Made by a program: the position numbers and the translations under genes
The notes under the pieces: generated by a model
Databases searched by the model: none
Seen by the model: only the letters and a program-made list of their open reading frames with translations
Told to the model about the DNA's origin: nothing
Virus record (IMG/VR): IMGVR_UViG_3300005758_000017
Span: 11,469 to 75,468 of that record
Reading direction: 5' to 3' (one strand)
DNA length: 64,000 nt
Source: a virus
Lineage: Duplodnaviria > Caudoviricetes
Shown: positions 32,051 to 41,729 of the stretch, piece by piece
Numbering within the stretch: the stretch's first letter is position 1
Layout of the letters: every line of letters starts with the position of its first letter

Positions 32051-32116
32051 TTGGTTAGAGTGTATTATATGCGTTGGTAAATAACAGCGCATATTATATA
32101 ATTCTGGAACCAGTGA

Positions 32117-32464
32117 ATGGACGATAAAAAACTCAACGAGGCTTTAGCCTTTGCAAATTATAGGCTCACCTTACAGGTACAGCGTCAAAACATTGAGGCT
32201 AGAGTTGAAGCGGCTCTATTAGTATCACACAACGGTGCCCTTTTTAAATCAACACAACAACTTATTAACTTTGTTGCACTTAGGCTAATGCGACAAGAAG
32301 CCATTTTGGTTGAAGATAACAGCAATAATGTTATTACTATACAAGATGGTGAAGAATTCTTAAAACTATTGCTGACTGCATACGACTCTGCTATGCAATT
32401 AAAGCAAGACGAACAAAAGCGTTTAAAGTCAGCACGAAGTACGGCTAAAATTGTAGGACTCTAA
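32117..32464 (+). CDS. Hypothetical protein, possibly a fibre assembly chaperone
   Basis: 115 aa following the fibre genes. The helical ...HNGALFKSTQQLINFV pattern only weakly suggests the function. Confidence 0.5.
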   Translation: MDDKKLNEALAFANYRLTLQVQRQNIEARVEAALLVSHNGALFKSTQQLINFVALRLMRQEAILVEDNSNNVITIQDGEEFLKLLLTAYDSAMQLKQDEQKRLKSARSTAKIVGL

Positions 32465-32465
32465 A

Positions 32466-33344
32466 ATGAGCAGCCGCGGCTTCATGATGTTCGCTTACAA
32501 TAACGAACAACTGGACTACACTCAACTTGCATTAGTTGCTGCCTATGCTGTAAAAAAGCACATGCCGGATTATCCTGTAGTGCTAGTTACAAATCAACAA
32601 AGTTTGGAACATTGTAAAAATACACATGGTCCATTGATGATGAAGGCAGCATTTGACGATATCATTCTAACCAACCCAGAATATGAGCGCAACATGCGTT
32701 TACACCACGATGGCGCATATCACAGCTTCAACGCACAATTTACAAACACAAATAAGCACGACATTTATAACCTAAGTCCGTTTGACGAAACAATTTTAAT
32801 TGATACTGACTACCTATGCGGCAATGATAACTTGTCAAAGTTATTTGGTGGACAACATGATGTTGCTATGTATAGAGATGCCCGCAACTTGCGATGCGAA
32901 GAACCTTATACAACAGAACGCTGGTTACACTATGCCGGTATTCGTATGTGGTGGTCAACAGTAGTGTATTGGCGTAAAAGTGAAGAAGCAGAACATTTTT
33001 TTAATATTTGGGCCGCAGTTAAAAAGAATTGGGAATACTATCGCTTCTTGTACAAGTTTCCAGGCACATTGTATCGTACAGACTACTCCGCCTCTATTGC
33101 CGCGCACATGTGCGATGGCTGGGTAGACGGTGGCTTCATTGGACAGATTCCCAACTTCATGCGCTATCAAGATCAGCGCGATGACATTGTTGAAGTGCTA
33201 GGACCTAACCACTGGGTAATGTTAAGCAACTTACCCGAAGAGTGGAAGAACATGGTAGTGGAAATTAAAGGCGAAGATGTACATTTAATGAACAAGAGAA
33301 GCATACTTCGAAACTATGACAAAATCATGGAGAACTTAGCATGA
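32466..33344 (+). CDS. GT-A fold nucleotide-sugar transferase
   Basis: NKHDIYNLSPFDETILIDTDYL (DxD) and WWSTVVYW motifs. Confidence 0.7.
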   Translation: MSSRGFMMFAYNNEQLDYTQLALVAAYAVKKHMPDYPVVLVTNQQSLEHCKNTHGPLMMKAAFDDIILTNPEYERNMRLHHDGAYHSFNAQFTNTNKHDIYNLSPFDETILIDTDYLCGNDNLSKLFGGQHDVAMYRDARNLRCEEPYTTERWLHYAGIRMWWSTVVYWRKSEEAEHFFNIWAAVKKNWEYYRFLYKFPGTLYRTDYSASIAAHMCDGWVDGGFIGQIPNFMRYQDQRDDIVEVLGPNHWVMLSNLPEEWKNMVVEIKGEDVHLMNKRSILRNYDKIMENLA

Positions 33345-34045
33345 CTTTCTTTGTAATTGTTAGACCCGGTGAGGATAGCCTAGCAGAAGTATCTAGATTA
33401 GACATTGGCTTTGTTCAACCTGGTGCAAAGGTAGAGTTAGTTAAAATTGAAAGTATGGATCCTGCGGAACAACTGAAGACGATTGCTTCTTTAAATTTTG
33501 AATCTGGTGATGTTTTATGTCTTGCTGGATTATGTGTTAGAAGAACAACACTTGATGTTATCGAACTTGCTAAACAATCAAAGTTAAATTATACACCTGG
33601 CTATGGTATGGATCATCGTGGCGTTGAGATACCACCAGGTAAAATAAGCATTAGACAATCAATAGAAAAAAATTGCCAGTCTACATGGCCCTACTTGTTA
33701 GTAGTCGGCGATCCTGAATCAGCTAAACTAAGTTTTGATTTGTTTCAGCATTTAGATCCAAATGATTACTGGCCTAACTATGTTCCAGACCCTGTTGATT
33801 TATTGCATCTCATTGGAGTAGTTGTATCAACTGGTTATTGGCAATCACCAGACTGGTTTAAACTAGTTGATTTGAGTATCCGCGATTTAGAAATTGCTCC
33901 AATAATGTACGCTAGCCATACATGGCACGACTGGATTGCATTTTATCCAGCTAATGGAAATTTTAAGTTGGAAAACCACAGCCAACTTTCTCCGGTCTGG
34001 CTCGCAGGTAGCACAAAGCCACTGGAGCATTGGAAACGTGGCTGA
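33341..34045 (+). CDS. Degenerate glycosyltransferase-like paralogue
   Basis: Shares layout with the upstream gene (W..L...., F.LV...., W) but lacks a clear DxD. Confidence 0.4.
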   Translation: MTFFVIVRPGEDSLAEVSRLDIGFVQPGAKVELVKIESMDPAEQLKTIASLNFESGDVLCLAGLCVRRTTLDVIELAKQSKLNYTPGYGMDHRGVEIPPGKISIRQSIEKNCQSTWPYLLVVGDPESAKLSFDLFQHLDPNDYWPNYVPDPVDLLHLIGVVVSTGYWQSPDWFKLVDLSIRDLEIAPIMYASHTWHDWIAFYPANGNFKLENHSQLSPVWLAGSTKPLEHWKRG

Positions 34046-35012
34046 CATTCAATTTGAATTACGAAAGCGTAAAAAGGTACGACAAGACTTTTGGTCTATC
34101 AAGTACAACGTTCACAATGGCTACATAGAATCCATTGAGCCTGGAAACAAGCTTTTACCTGATCATTTAGTTGTATCTTATGCTAAAGTAAAAGACATAT
34201 TAGCAGGCAAGCTAAATCAAAATGATTACCGCGTTACGTTTAACGAAAAGCTAGGAGCACTAGATTTAGTTGACATAAAGCGACCGACAGAATTTAGAAA
34301 AAAGCATGTTTGGGTAGGATGGCTAAGTGCAGGCGAAGATGAACTAAATGTACTATGCCCTTTAAGAGTTATATTGTTTGCAGATACTGGTATATTACGA
34401 GTTGAAGCAAATAGAGAGTGGTCTACAAGTTTGCGTGAAACTATGGACCGAAAAACAGATCTAGAAGACATACCATTTTTTATTAGCGACATTGAAGATC
34501 CGCATCAGTTGTTGGGTCAGGAACACATATCGTTAGTGGATATAATTGAACGTGGATTTTGGGAAAAGCGTTTGTGGGCGTTTATGGACCATGATAATGT
34601 GCAAAGACTATTATATCAAGGCCTACAAATTCGAATCAACATGCCTCCAGTTGCTAGCGATTTGTCGTTTACTAGGATGAGTCAGTATAGCCCATTCACT
34701 GGTATTGTTGAAGAGTCATCAATTATTAGCCATATTGGCCGCGGTAGGCATATTTCTGTATTTGCAAAAGATGGAGGCATATGGGCGCAGAGCCACTATG
34801 AAAAAGGAAATGCAATTGATCATCTAGTAGGGAACTTACGAGTAGCTATAGTTCGAGACAATGATCCAGATGCATTTGTAGCATGGGCAGAAATGCCAGC
34901 ACTAATGTTAAGACAACAGTATCCTTTTGAAATACTAACAAATTGGGAGTACCAGAGCCCTCCAAGTTTGTTATATAAGGCTAACAATATCGATATAGGA
35001 GTTATTTCTTGA
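34038..35012 (+). CDS. Hypothetical protein within the glycosylation cluster
   Basis: Long ORF coupled by overlapping stop/start codons. GTG start chosen at 34038. Confidence 0.6.
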   Translation: MADIQFELRKRKKVRQDFWSIKYNVHNGYIESIEPGNKLLPDHLVVSYAKVKDILAGKLNQNDYRVTFNEKLGALDLVDIKRPTEFRKKHVWVGWLSAGEDELNVLCPLRVILFADTGILRVEANREWSTSLRETMDRKTDLEDIPFFISDIEDPHQLLGQEHISLVDIIERGFWEKRLWAFMDHDNVQRLLYQGLQIRINMPPVASDLSFTRMSQYSPFTGIVEESSIISHIGRGRHISVFAKDGGIWAQSHYEKGNAIDHLVGNLRVAIVRDNDPDAFVAWAEMPALMLRQQYPFEILTNWEYQSPPSLLYKANNIDIGVIS

Positions 35013-35980
35013 AAACCCCAATTAGTGAATTTGACGTAGTGTTTATCAGCTACGACGAACCAAATGCAGATGAGAATTATGCAGACTTGCTTGAAAAGTG
35101 TCCATGGGCCAAACGCAGTCATGGCGTGTATGGTAGCGATGCTTGCCATAAAGCCGCGGCAAAGTTAGCCGAAACAGAACGCTTTATTACAATTGATGCT
35201 GACAATAAAGTTCGACCAGACTTCTTTGAGCTCGAACTAGATTTGTCAAGATTTGATCGAAGTGATGTGTTATCTTGGTCGGGTAAGAATGTTATCAATG
35301 GACTTGTTTATGGCAACGGTGGTGTTAAACTTTGGCCTAAAAAAGTTGTAGAACAAATGCGAACACACGAAGCAGTGGATGGCGGTGCTGGCGCAGTTGA
35401 CTTTTGCTGGGATATTCATTACCATCAGTTAAACAACATCTACTCAGATGTTTACAACAACTCGACTCCATATCAAGCATATCGCGCAGGCTTCCGCGAA
35501 GGTGTAAAGTTAGCTCTCATCGATGGACGCCCAATGGACTGGCGTCAAATTGCCGACAAAAACAACTTTAAAAATCATCGTCGCTTGTTGGTATGGATGA
35601 GCGTTGGCGCAGATGTACAAAATGGTCTATGGGCCATGTACGGCGCACGACTAGGTTGCTATCTAACAAACTTACGCAAGGATTGGGACTATACCCTTGT
35701 AAGAGATTTTGAATGGCACAATGCTTACTGGTCAGAAGAAGTTATGCCGCAGTTTGCTGGCACAGAAGTTACTTGTCCTGTTAGCAAGTATTCATACGAT
35801 ACATCCAAGCTATGGGCAGAAACTAAAAAGCTAGGCAAGGTATTACATCAAGACTTACGTTTAGAAATTGCCGACCTTGACGAAGCAGGCAGCAGATTCT
35901 TCAAAGCAAGTTATTTTAACCCACATCGCCTTGGCCCAACGGTCAAAGAAAGTGATGTAGAACAATTTATTGCGGAGTAA
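35009..35980 (+). CDS. Glycosyltransferase-like protein (paralogue 1)
   Basis: FDVVFISYDEPNA...HGV.G...HKAAA...FITIDADN, YGNGGVKLW and PYQAYRAGFREGVKL. Confidence 0.7.
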   Translation: MKTPISEFDVVFISYDEPNADENYADLLEKCPWAKRSHGVYGSDACHKAAAKLAETERFITIDADNKVRPDFFELELDLSRFDRSDVLSWSGKNVINGLVYGNGGVKLWPKKVVEQMRTHEAVDGGAGAVDFCWDIHYHQLNNIYSDVYNNSTPYQAYRAGFREGVKLALIDGRPMDWRQIADKNNFKNHRRLLVWMSVGADVQNGLWAMYGARLGCYLTNLRKDWDYTLVRDFEWHNAYWSEEVMPQFAGTEVTCPVSKYSYDTSKLWAETKKLGKVLHQDLRLEIADLDEAGSRFFKASYFNPHRLGPTVKESDVEQFIAE

Positions 35981-35983
35981 TCA

Positions 35984-36856
35984 TTGCTAGATGTTTTCTT
36001 CATTACAATGGGAGAAGAAGGTAGCGATGCTAACTGGCATCGCTTATTAGAGTTTGCCCCAAATGCCAAGAAGATAGAAAATGTCAAAGGCATTTACAAT
36101 GTGCATCGTGAATGCGCTAAACAAAGCACAACTAAAAACTTTTGGGTAGTTGATGCAGACGCTTGGATAGTTGATAATTTTTCTTTCGAATGGCAACCAG
36201 ATGCTAACACAAAACATTGGGGTACACCTGAAGATGAGTGTGTTATTGTCTTTTCTAGTTTAAATCCAGTAAATGGACTAACATACGGCTATGGTGCTGT
36301 AAAGCTTTTCCCAAGGCAACCTTTTTTAGATGAAAAGAGTTGGCAAATTGACATGAGCTCGTCTATTGCTAAGGTTGTTCTATCTAAAGATATTATCAGT
36401 TGCGAAACACGATTTAATTCTACACCAGAGTCTGCATGGATTGGTGCATTTAGGGAATGTGCTAAATTAGCAAGCCTGTCTATGGTAAAAACTCGCATTC
36501 GTAAAATTGTTCAAACAGAAGAACAAGCATTAAAGGATTTAGAATCATATATCAGATCTCAAAGTTGGGAAGATACCAAAAGATCAAATTATAGAAAAAC
36601 TCAAACCTTACTAATACAAGAAAGATACAAAGACGAAAAAAGTATTTTTACGTACTGGGAAGAAATAGAAACACATAGCCACAGAAGATTAACATGGTGT
36701 ACACATGGATGGAATCAACATAATGGAAAGTTTTCTATACTTGGTGCACAGGCTGGTAGTAAATTTGGTTTAGAAAACAGCGATGACTTGAGCACTCTAA
36801 ATCTTATCAATGACTGGGATTGGTTGAAGAAGGAATTTAAAAATGTCAATGTTTAA
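35984..36856 (+). CDS. Glycosyltransferase-like protein (paralogue 2)
   Basis: LDVFFI...VKGI...H...A...FWVVDADA, YGYGAVKLF and AWIGAFRECAKL. TTG start. Confidence 0.7.
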   Translation: MLDVFFITMGEEGSDANWHRLLEFAPNAKKIENVKGIYNVHRECAKQSTTKNFWVVDADAWIVDNFSFEWQPDANTKHWGTPEDECVIVFSSLNPVNGLTYGYGAVKLFPRQPFLDEKSWQIDMSSSIAKVVLSKDIISCETRFNSTPESAWIGAFRECAKLASLSMVKTRIRKIVQTEEQALKDLESYIRSQSWEDTKRSNYRKTQTLLIQERYKDEKSIFTYWEEIETHSHRRLTWCTHGWNQHNGKFSILGAQAGSKFGLENSDDLSTLNLINDWDWLKKEFKNVNV

Positions 36857-37814
36857 AGTAGCCATGAAAAGTCCTGTACGAAATAATACTTTAGCAGATT
36901 TCCCTGTAGTATTTTTAAGTTTCGACGAACCTAATGCAGACAAGCATTGGGCAATGCTTCAAGCAGTTACCCCGCATGAAAATATTGCAAGGGTACACGG
37001 TGTTGTTGGATTTGATACTGCACATAAAACAGCGGCCGCACAATTTCCCAACAGTGAATATGTTATCACAGTTGACGCCGATAACCAAGTTGATTCTAAA
37101 TTTTTTAAATGCCCGGCACCTGTTGGCATGAATGGTAAGGTAAGCTACACATGGGGAGGTCGTCAATACACAAACGGTCTAATGTATGGCAACGGTGGCC
37201 TCAAGTTATGGAGTACTGAGCATCTTGCCAACATGAAAAGCCACGAGCTAGCAGATGAAGAACGCGATGCTGTGGACTTTTGTTGGGACGCAAGTCGCTA
37301 TAAAGAACTACCAGGATGCTGGAGCAATGTTTATACAAATGGTAGCCCTTATCAAGCATTTCGCGTAGGCTTTCGCGAAGGTGTAAAACTTTCAATGGAT
37401 CAAGGAAGGCTACTTTCATTTGATGAGTGGAGTACTTCAATGCACGCCGCCAACTTTCAACGATTGCTAACCTGGATGACAGTTGGATCAGATGTTGATA
37501 ACGGTATATGGAGTGTGTATGGAGCACGCCTTGCAGTATATCTATTACAATATGAAAACTTTGATTTTGTGCAAATTAGAGACTATGATTGGTTTAAAAG
37601 TTTCTTTAAACTATATGCTTCAGCAGATCCAGTAAAGGCTAGCAAGTCTATCGGCAAAAAAATAAGCAACGGTCTGGATTGGATACTTCCAGACTTTGAT
37701 GCAGAGCAAAGTAATTTTATTAAAATGATACAGCTACACCCTTCTAAACCGTTAACAAACGAAGATGTAAAGTGGCAAACAAATTTAAGTATGTTTGGAT
37801 GGTTCAATGGATAA
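36843..37814 (+). CDS. Glycosyltransferase-like protein (paralogue 3)
   Basis: VVFLSFDEPNA...VHGVVG...HKTAA...ITVDADN, YGNGGLKLW and PYQAFRVGFREGVKL. Confidence 0.7.
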   Translation: MSMFKVAMKSPVRNNTLADFPVVFLSFDEPNADKHWAMLQAVTPHENIARVHGVVGFDTAHKTAAAQFPNSEYVITVDADNQVDSKFFKCPAPVGMNGKVSYTWGGRQYTNGLMYGNGGLKLWSTEHLANMKSHELADEERDAVDFCWDASRYKELPGCWSNVYTNGSPYQAFRVGFREGVKLSMDQGRLLSFDEWSTSMHAANFQRLLTWMTVGSDVDNGIWSVYGARLAVYLLQYENFDFVQIRDYDWFKSFFKLYASADPVKASKSIGKKISNGLDWILPDFDAEQSNFIKMIQLHPSKPLTNEDVKWQTNLSMFGWFNG

Positions 37815-38979
37815 AAATGCAGAGCTACGTAGCGCACTAATTTATTTTGTAGATGAAGCGATAGGCTGGCGCAAAAGCCTACATCATTACCAGCGTTGGA
37901 TTGAGACTGGTGAGCAAGACGAATTAGAAAAGTTAATCATTGAAGTAGGTAGAGAACATTTCTTTGACTTTTATCCTTTGCTAAATGCAGTAAAGGAAGC
38001 AAATGACAAAGAAGGCTTCATAACCATTCACCACGCACTTGAAAGAGGAATTTATATTCCTAGCACTTGGCAAGGCCCGGGCGGGAAGAAACTTGAACCT
38101 ATAAATTTAGAGTTAAGCGATAATTTGTTTAATAGCACCGGTAGCTGGTGGCGTTTGCGAGACTGGACTGAAAACAATGTTAAAACACATGGCATAGACG
38201 GCCTGTCGGTTATAGCACTAGCATATCAAATTATCATTGATGCACGATCTAATTTTTTTAGACTGTTTGACTTATTTGAAATTCTATTAGGTAGTAATAC
38301 TTTACTATCATGTATTACAAACACAGACATTGGTAAGTTTGGAAATGCAGTTGCTACATATTATCCGTTGCAAGCCAAACACATTAACAAGTTAGCAACA
38401 GCAGTTAGCAACAATCAGAATTTAAATTGGAAAGATGCTTTAAGCAGAAATCAGGTTAAAAGTAAACTATGGCTAATAGACCAGCTCGAAGAGTTAAAAC
38501 TTTACCCTTCAAAAAGAAAAATAACAGATCCGGAGCACACTACATTTATTGTTGGAGGATGGGTCGGACTGCTTCCTTTCTTAGCTTCAATGAAGGGTAA
38601 GTATTTTGATACTATAGTTAACATCGACATTGACAAATCAGTTCATCCGGCCGCTGATGAACTTAATTTAGGTTTGTTCCCAAAGTTTAAAAACTTATCC
38701 GACGATGTTAGAACTATTGACTTTGGAAAATTTAAAAATGCACTCATTGTTGATACAATAGTAGAACATTTTGAAGACCATAGCGCCTGGGTAAAAACTT
38801 TACCCAAAACAGTTAATATTGTACTTCAAGGAAATGATATGTTCCACGTGCCTGATCATGTTAATTGTCATGGTTCGTTAGAAGAATTTGAAAAGTCATG
38901 TGGACTTACGGACATTAAATGGTATGGAGAACTATCGTTGTTTAAATGTAATCGGTACATGGCTATAGGTAAAGTATGA
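37807..38979 (+). CDS. Protein with C-terminal class I SAM-methyltransferase-like Rossmann domain
   Basis: FIVGGWVGLL glycine loop, acidic NIDIDK strand, LIVDTIVEHF. Confidence 0.5.
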   Translation: MDKNAELRSALIYFVDEAIGWRKSLHHYQRWIETGEQDELEKLIIEVGREHFFDFYPLLNAVKEANDKEGFITIHHALERGIYIPSTWQGPGGKKLEPINLELSDNLFNSTGSWWRLRDWTENNVKTHGIDGLSVIALAYQIIIDARSNFFRLFDLFEILLGSNTLLSCITNTDIGKFGNAVATYYPLQAKHINKLATAVSNNQNLNWKDALSRNQVKSKLWLIDQLEELKLYPSKRKITDPEHTTFIVGGWVGLLPFLASMKGKYFDTIVNIDIDKSVHPAADELNLGLFPKFKNLSDDVRTIDFGKFKNALIVDTIVEHFEDHSAWVKTLPKTVNIVLQGNDMFHVPDHVNCHGSLEEFEKSCGLTDIKWYGELSLFKCNRYMAIGKV

Positions 38980-39491
38980 GTAGACGTGCAGAAAAAACTC
39001 CCGTTAAGATAGATCTAGAGCGCCTCATCGAAGAAGCGTTAAAACTAACCTGGGACGAAGTAAACCAAAAAACAATAACCCAAGTTGCAATACAAAACGG
39101 GGGTGTTGATGATTGGGCCGAAGGCACCGGGTCTAGACCGAATACTTCAGAGACTCAATGGGATAAACTACATCCTAGTTTAGCAGGAACATGGTGGGAA
39201 ACTGACTTCTTCCCTAGCTTGCCGTGGAAGGTATATCGCACTCGCATTATGACAATGGAAGGTCGTCGTTGCTATAGTATTCACAAAGACGATAATCCTA
39301 GATTGCATATTGCATTAAAAACTTCAGGCCAAGCTAGATTTATTTTTACTAACCCTCCAGAAATCATACACATACCAGCAGACGGGCATGTCTGGTGGGT
39401 TGATACAAGAAATGAGCATACTGCAATAAATGGATCAATTGAGCCGCGTGTACATTTATTAATGAGCTTGGTTAGCAACGACACAGATTAA
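38976..39491 (+). CDS. 2OG-Fe(II)/cupin oxygenase (Asp/Asn beta-hydroxylase-like)
   Basis: YSIHKD (HxD), RLHIAL.T, EHTAING...RVHL. Confidence 0.7.
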   Translation: MSRRAEKTPVKIDLERLIEEALKLTWDEVNQKTITQVAIQNGGVDDWAEGTGSRPNTSETQWDKLHPSLAGTWWETDFFPSLPWKVYRTRIMTMEGRRCYSIHKDDNPRLHIALKTSGQARFIFTNPPEIIHIPADGHVWWVDTRNEHTAINGSIEPRVHLLMSLVSNDTD

Positions 39492-39506
39492 TGGCTACAT
39501 ACAAGT

Positions 39507-40169
39507 ATGAGTCTATATGTTAAAACTACCAATGCTGACGAGTTCAAAGATTGTCGTGCAGACTATATTGTCTTTTTAAAAAAGATAGCCAGGCTAAAAA
39601 GCCCTGCATTTGTCAATATGGGTCCACAGATGCCAATGGGATTCTTGCATTTAGTTGATAACTTAAAAAGGTGGCGCAAGGACCAGGGAGAAATTGGCTT
39701 ATTGTATGATAACACTTCTGGATCAGTTGTTGGTATCAGTGCAGTTGAGCATTGCCCATTATCCTCAGAATTAAGTTCAGGTGGCAATCGTTGTTGGATA
39801 CTTCCAAAGTACAGGCAGAACAATGAAATCACAAAGTATCTGTTAAAGTCTAACTTGGATTGGTCTAGAACTAATAACAAAGCTGGAATGTTGTTAACAT
39901 TCAACGAATACAACAAATGGATCTATGATACAGTAGTTAAGTTATCTACTAATTCAGGAGCCACTTTAGGTACCGTATGGAGCGACTGGTGGGACGATTG
40001 CATTGCACTTCCTAGGATGGTAAGATTACATAATACCCCACAATGGGCAATTATCAAACCTATTGATGAGTCTCGTTGCAAAGAAATGGTAGAAGAGATA
40101 GACAAAAAATATGGCGTTAGAGATAAGCCTTTTATTACAACATCCGTGAAAAATGTCCAATATCGTTAA
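39507..40169 (+). CDS. GNAT-fold acyltransferase-like protein
   Basis: VVGISAV strand and motif-A-like RCWILPKYRQ. Confidence 0.55.
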   Translation: MSLYVKTTNADEFKDCRADYIVFLKKIARLKSPAFVNMGPQMPMGFLHLVDNLKRWRKDQGEIGLLYDNTSGSVVGISAVEHCPLSSELSSGGNRCWILPKYRQNNEITKYLLKSNLDWSRTNNKAGMLLTFNEYNKWIYDTVVKLSTNSGATLGTVWSDWWDDCIALPRMVRLHNTPQWAIIKPIDESRCKEMVEEIDKKYGVRDKPFITTSVKNVQYR

Positions 40170-41106
40170 TACAGAAAACAACTATCTCATTTATTATTAC
40201 AACGATGACGTCAATCAGTATTGGCGTTATGATAAGCATGACACTACTCATATGCGAGTCGGTGGATGTACCCGTAAACCTTTTTCGTTTAAAACTGAAA
40301 TCATTAGGACTGCAAGATCGCTAATGGAAATATATCCCAATCTAACAGTTTTTATGAGTGGTGGTCTAGACAGCGAAATAGCATTGCGAGCGTTTCTTGC
40401 CGCAGGACTTCGCCCCAAATTAGCAACTGTTAGATTCCCCAATGGTGCTAACGACCACGACATTGGACCAATGTTAAAAATGATTCAAGGGATGGGACTT
40501 CAATGTCAAATCATTGATTTTAATATTGAAAAGTTTGTTGAAACAGGTGAATGTTATGAAATTGCCAAACGTTATCAGGCATATAGTTTATACCAGCAAA
40601 TGTTATTGCGTGTAGCAGAAGGTTATGCCGCACCAATGATCACTGTCGACGAAGTTGAACTTGAAAAGATACCTAGTATAGATTGGGATACTGGTAAGAG
40701 CACTCAACAATGGTACTTTCTTAAAAAAGAAGACCAAGATGGCGTATGGAGAAGATTTAATAAGATATCAGGTATTCCAGCTCTAAACAACTTTTACACA
40801 TACAGCCCAGAATCTATGTTAGCATTTTTAGATTTGCCAACAGTCGATGATTTAATCAACGACAGAATTTATGGGAAACTAGGATGGACTAGCAGTAAGA
40901 TACAAATTTATTCGCATACAGGTTTTCAATTTAGGCCTCGTCCAAAGTTTACAGGCGTAGAAAATTATATGCACCTTTGGAACCAAGTACAGTATAACAT
41001 ACACGAACATCTTGGAGAAATGTTACCGCGTGGTTACGGAATACCAGCGTTAGAGTTGAGGGATAATCTTAGAGCAGGGAAAGAATCATTATGTCATATA
41101 ATTTAA
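40153..41106 (+). CDS. PP-loop (AANH) ATP pyrophosphatase / amide ligase-like protein
   Basis: VFMSGGLDSE PP-loop. No glutaminase domain and no QueC Cys cluster. Confidence 0.65.
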   Translation: MSNIVNTENNYLIYYYNDDVNQYWRYDKHDTTHMRVGGCTRKPFSFKTEIIRTARSLMEIYPNLTVFMSGGLDSEIALRAFLAAGLRPKLATVRFPNGANDHDIGPMLKMIQGMGLQCQIIDFNIEKFVETGECYEIAKRYQAYSLYQQMLLRVAEGYAAPMITVDEVELEKIPSIDWDTGKSTQQWYFLKKEDQDGVWRRFNKISGIPALNNFYTYSPESMLAFLDLPTVDDLINDRIYGKLGWTSSKIQIYSHTGFQFRPRPKFTGVENYMHLWNQVQYNIHEHLGEMLPRGYGIPALELRDNLRAGKESLCHII

Positions 41107-41729
41107 AACCATTAGACGAACACGACATTGACCTTATGGTCAATACCGCTGTTGAAATTTACAATAACAGTGATCCAGACAAGTATCCAGACTTTAAAAT
41201 TACCAATGATGTTGATAGGGAAACAAGGTTTAAAAAGTTCTTTAGACTTTTTGTAATGCCTGCTAGATTTAACAACCATAATGTACGCAAGGCATTTGGA
41301 TTATTCAAAGACGACGAATGTGTAGCACTTGTGGGAGTGCGCCGCTGGGGCCATATGCCAAGCTGGAGCATTAGCTGGTTACTGAGCCCAAGCATTGGAC
41401 CACGCTTTATTCCTATGTTTAGAATCATAGTTGCAGAGCTATGCAAGTTCCACGAAGAAGCTGGTATGAACGAGTTCTTTGTTACATACCCAAGCGATAG
41501 AGAAAGTGCTTATAGCAGAATTATGGCACCTGTGCGTGAACGCTATTACACGTTTGTTGAATGTACTGTAGCAAAAGGTGAGCGCCACCCATATGGATTT
41601 ATACACGAGCTAATGGGAGGCGTACTGCATCCACACGACATGAGTTTAAGAAGATATATACTTCGTCGAGAGAACACAGAACCGTTAAATGCTGGCGGGA
41701 AAATAACTAGGATCAAAGAGAACAAATGA
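41091..41729 (+). CDS. Possible GNAT-fold protein
   Basis: AFGLFKDDECVALVGV...SWSISWLLS strand pattern. Weak call. Confidence 0.4.
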   Translation: MSYNLKPLDEHDIDLMVNTAVEIYNNSDPDKYPDFKITNDVDRETRFKKFFRLFVMPARFNNHNVRKAFGLFKDDECVALVGVRRWGHMPSWSISWLLSPSIGPRFIPMFRIIVAELCKFHEEAGMNEFFVTYPSDRESAYSRIMAPVRERYYTFVECTVAKGERHPYGFIHELMGGVLHPHDMSLRRYILRRENTEPLNAGGKITRIKENK

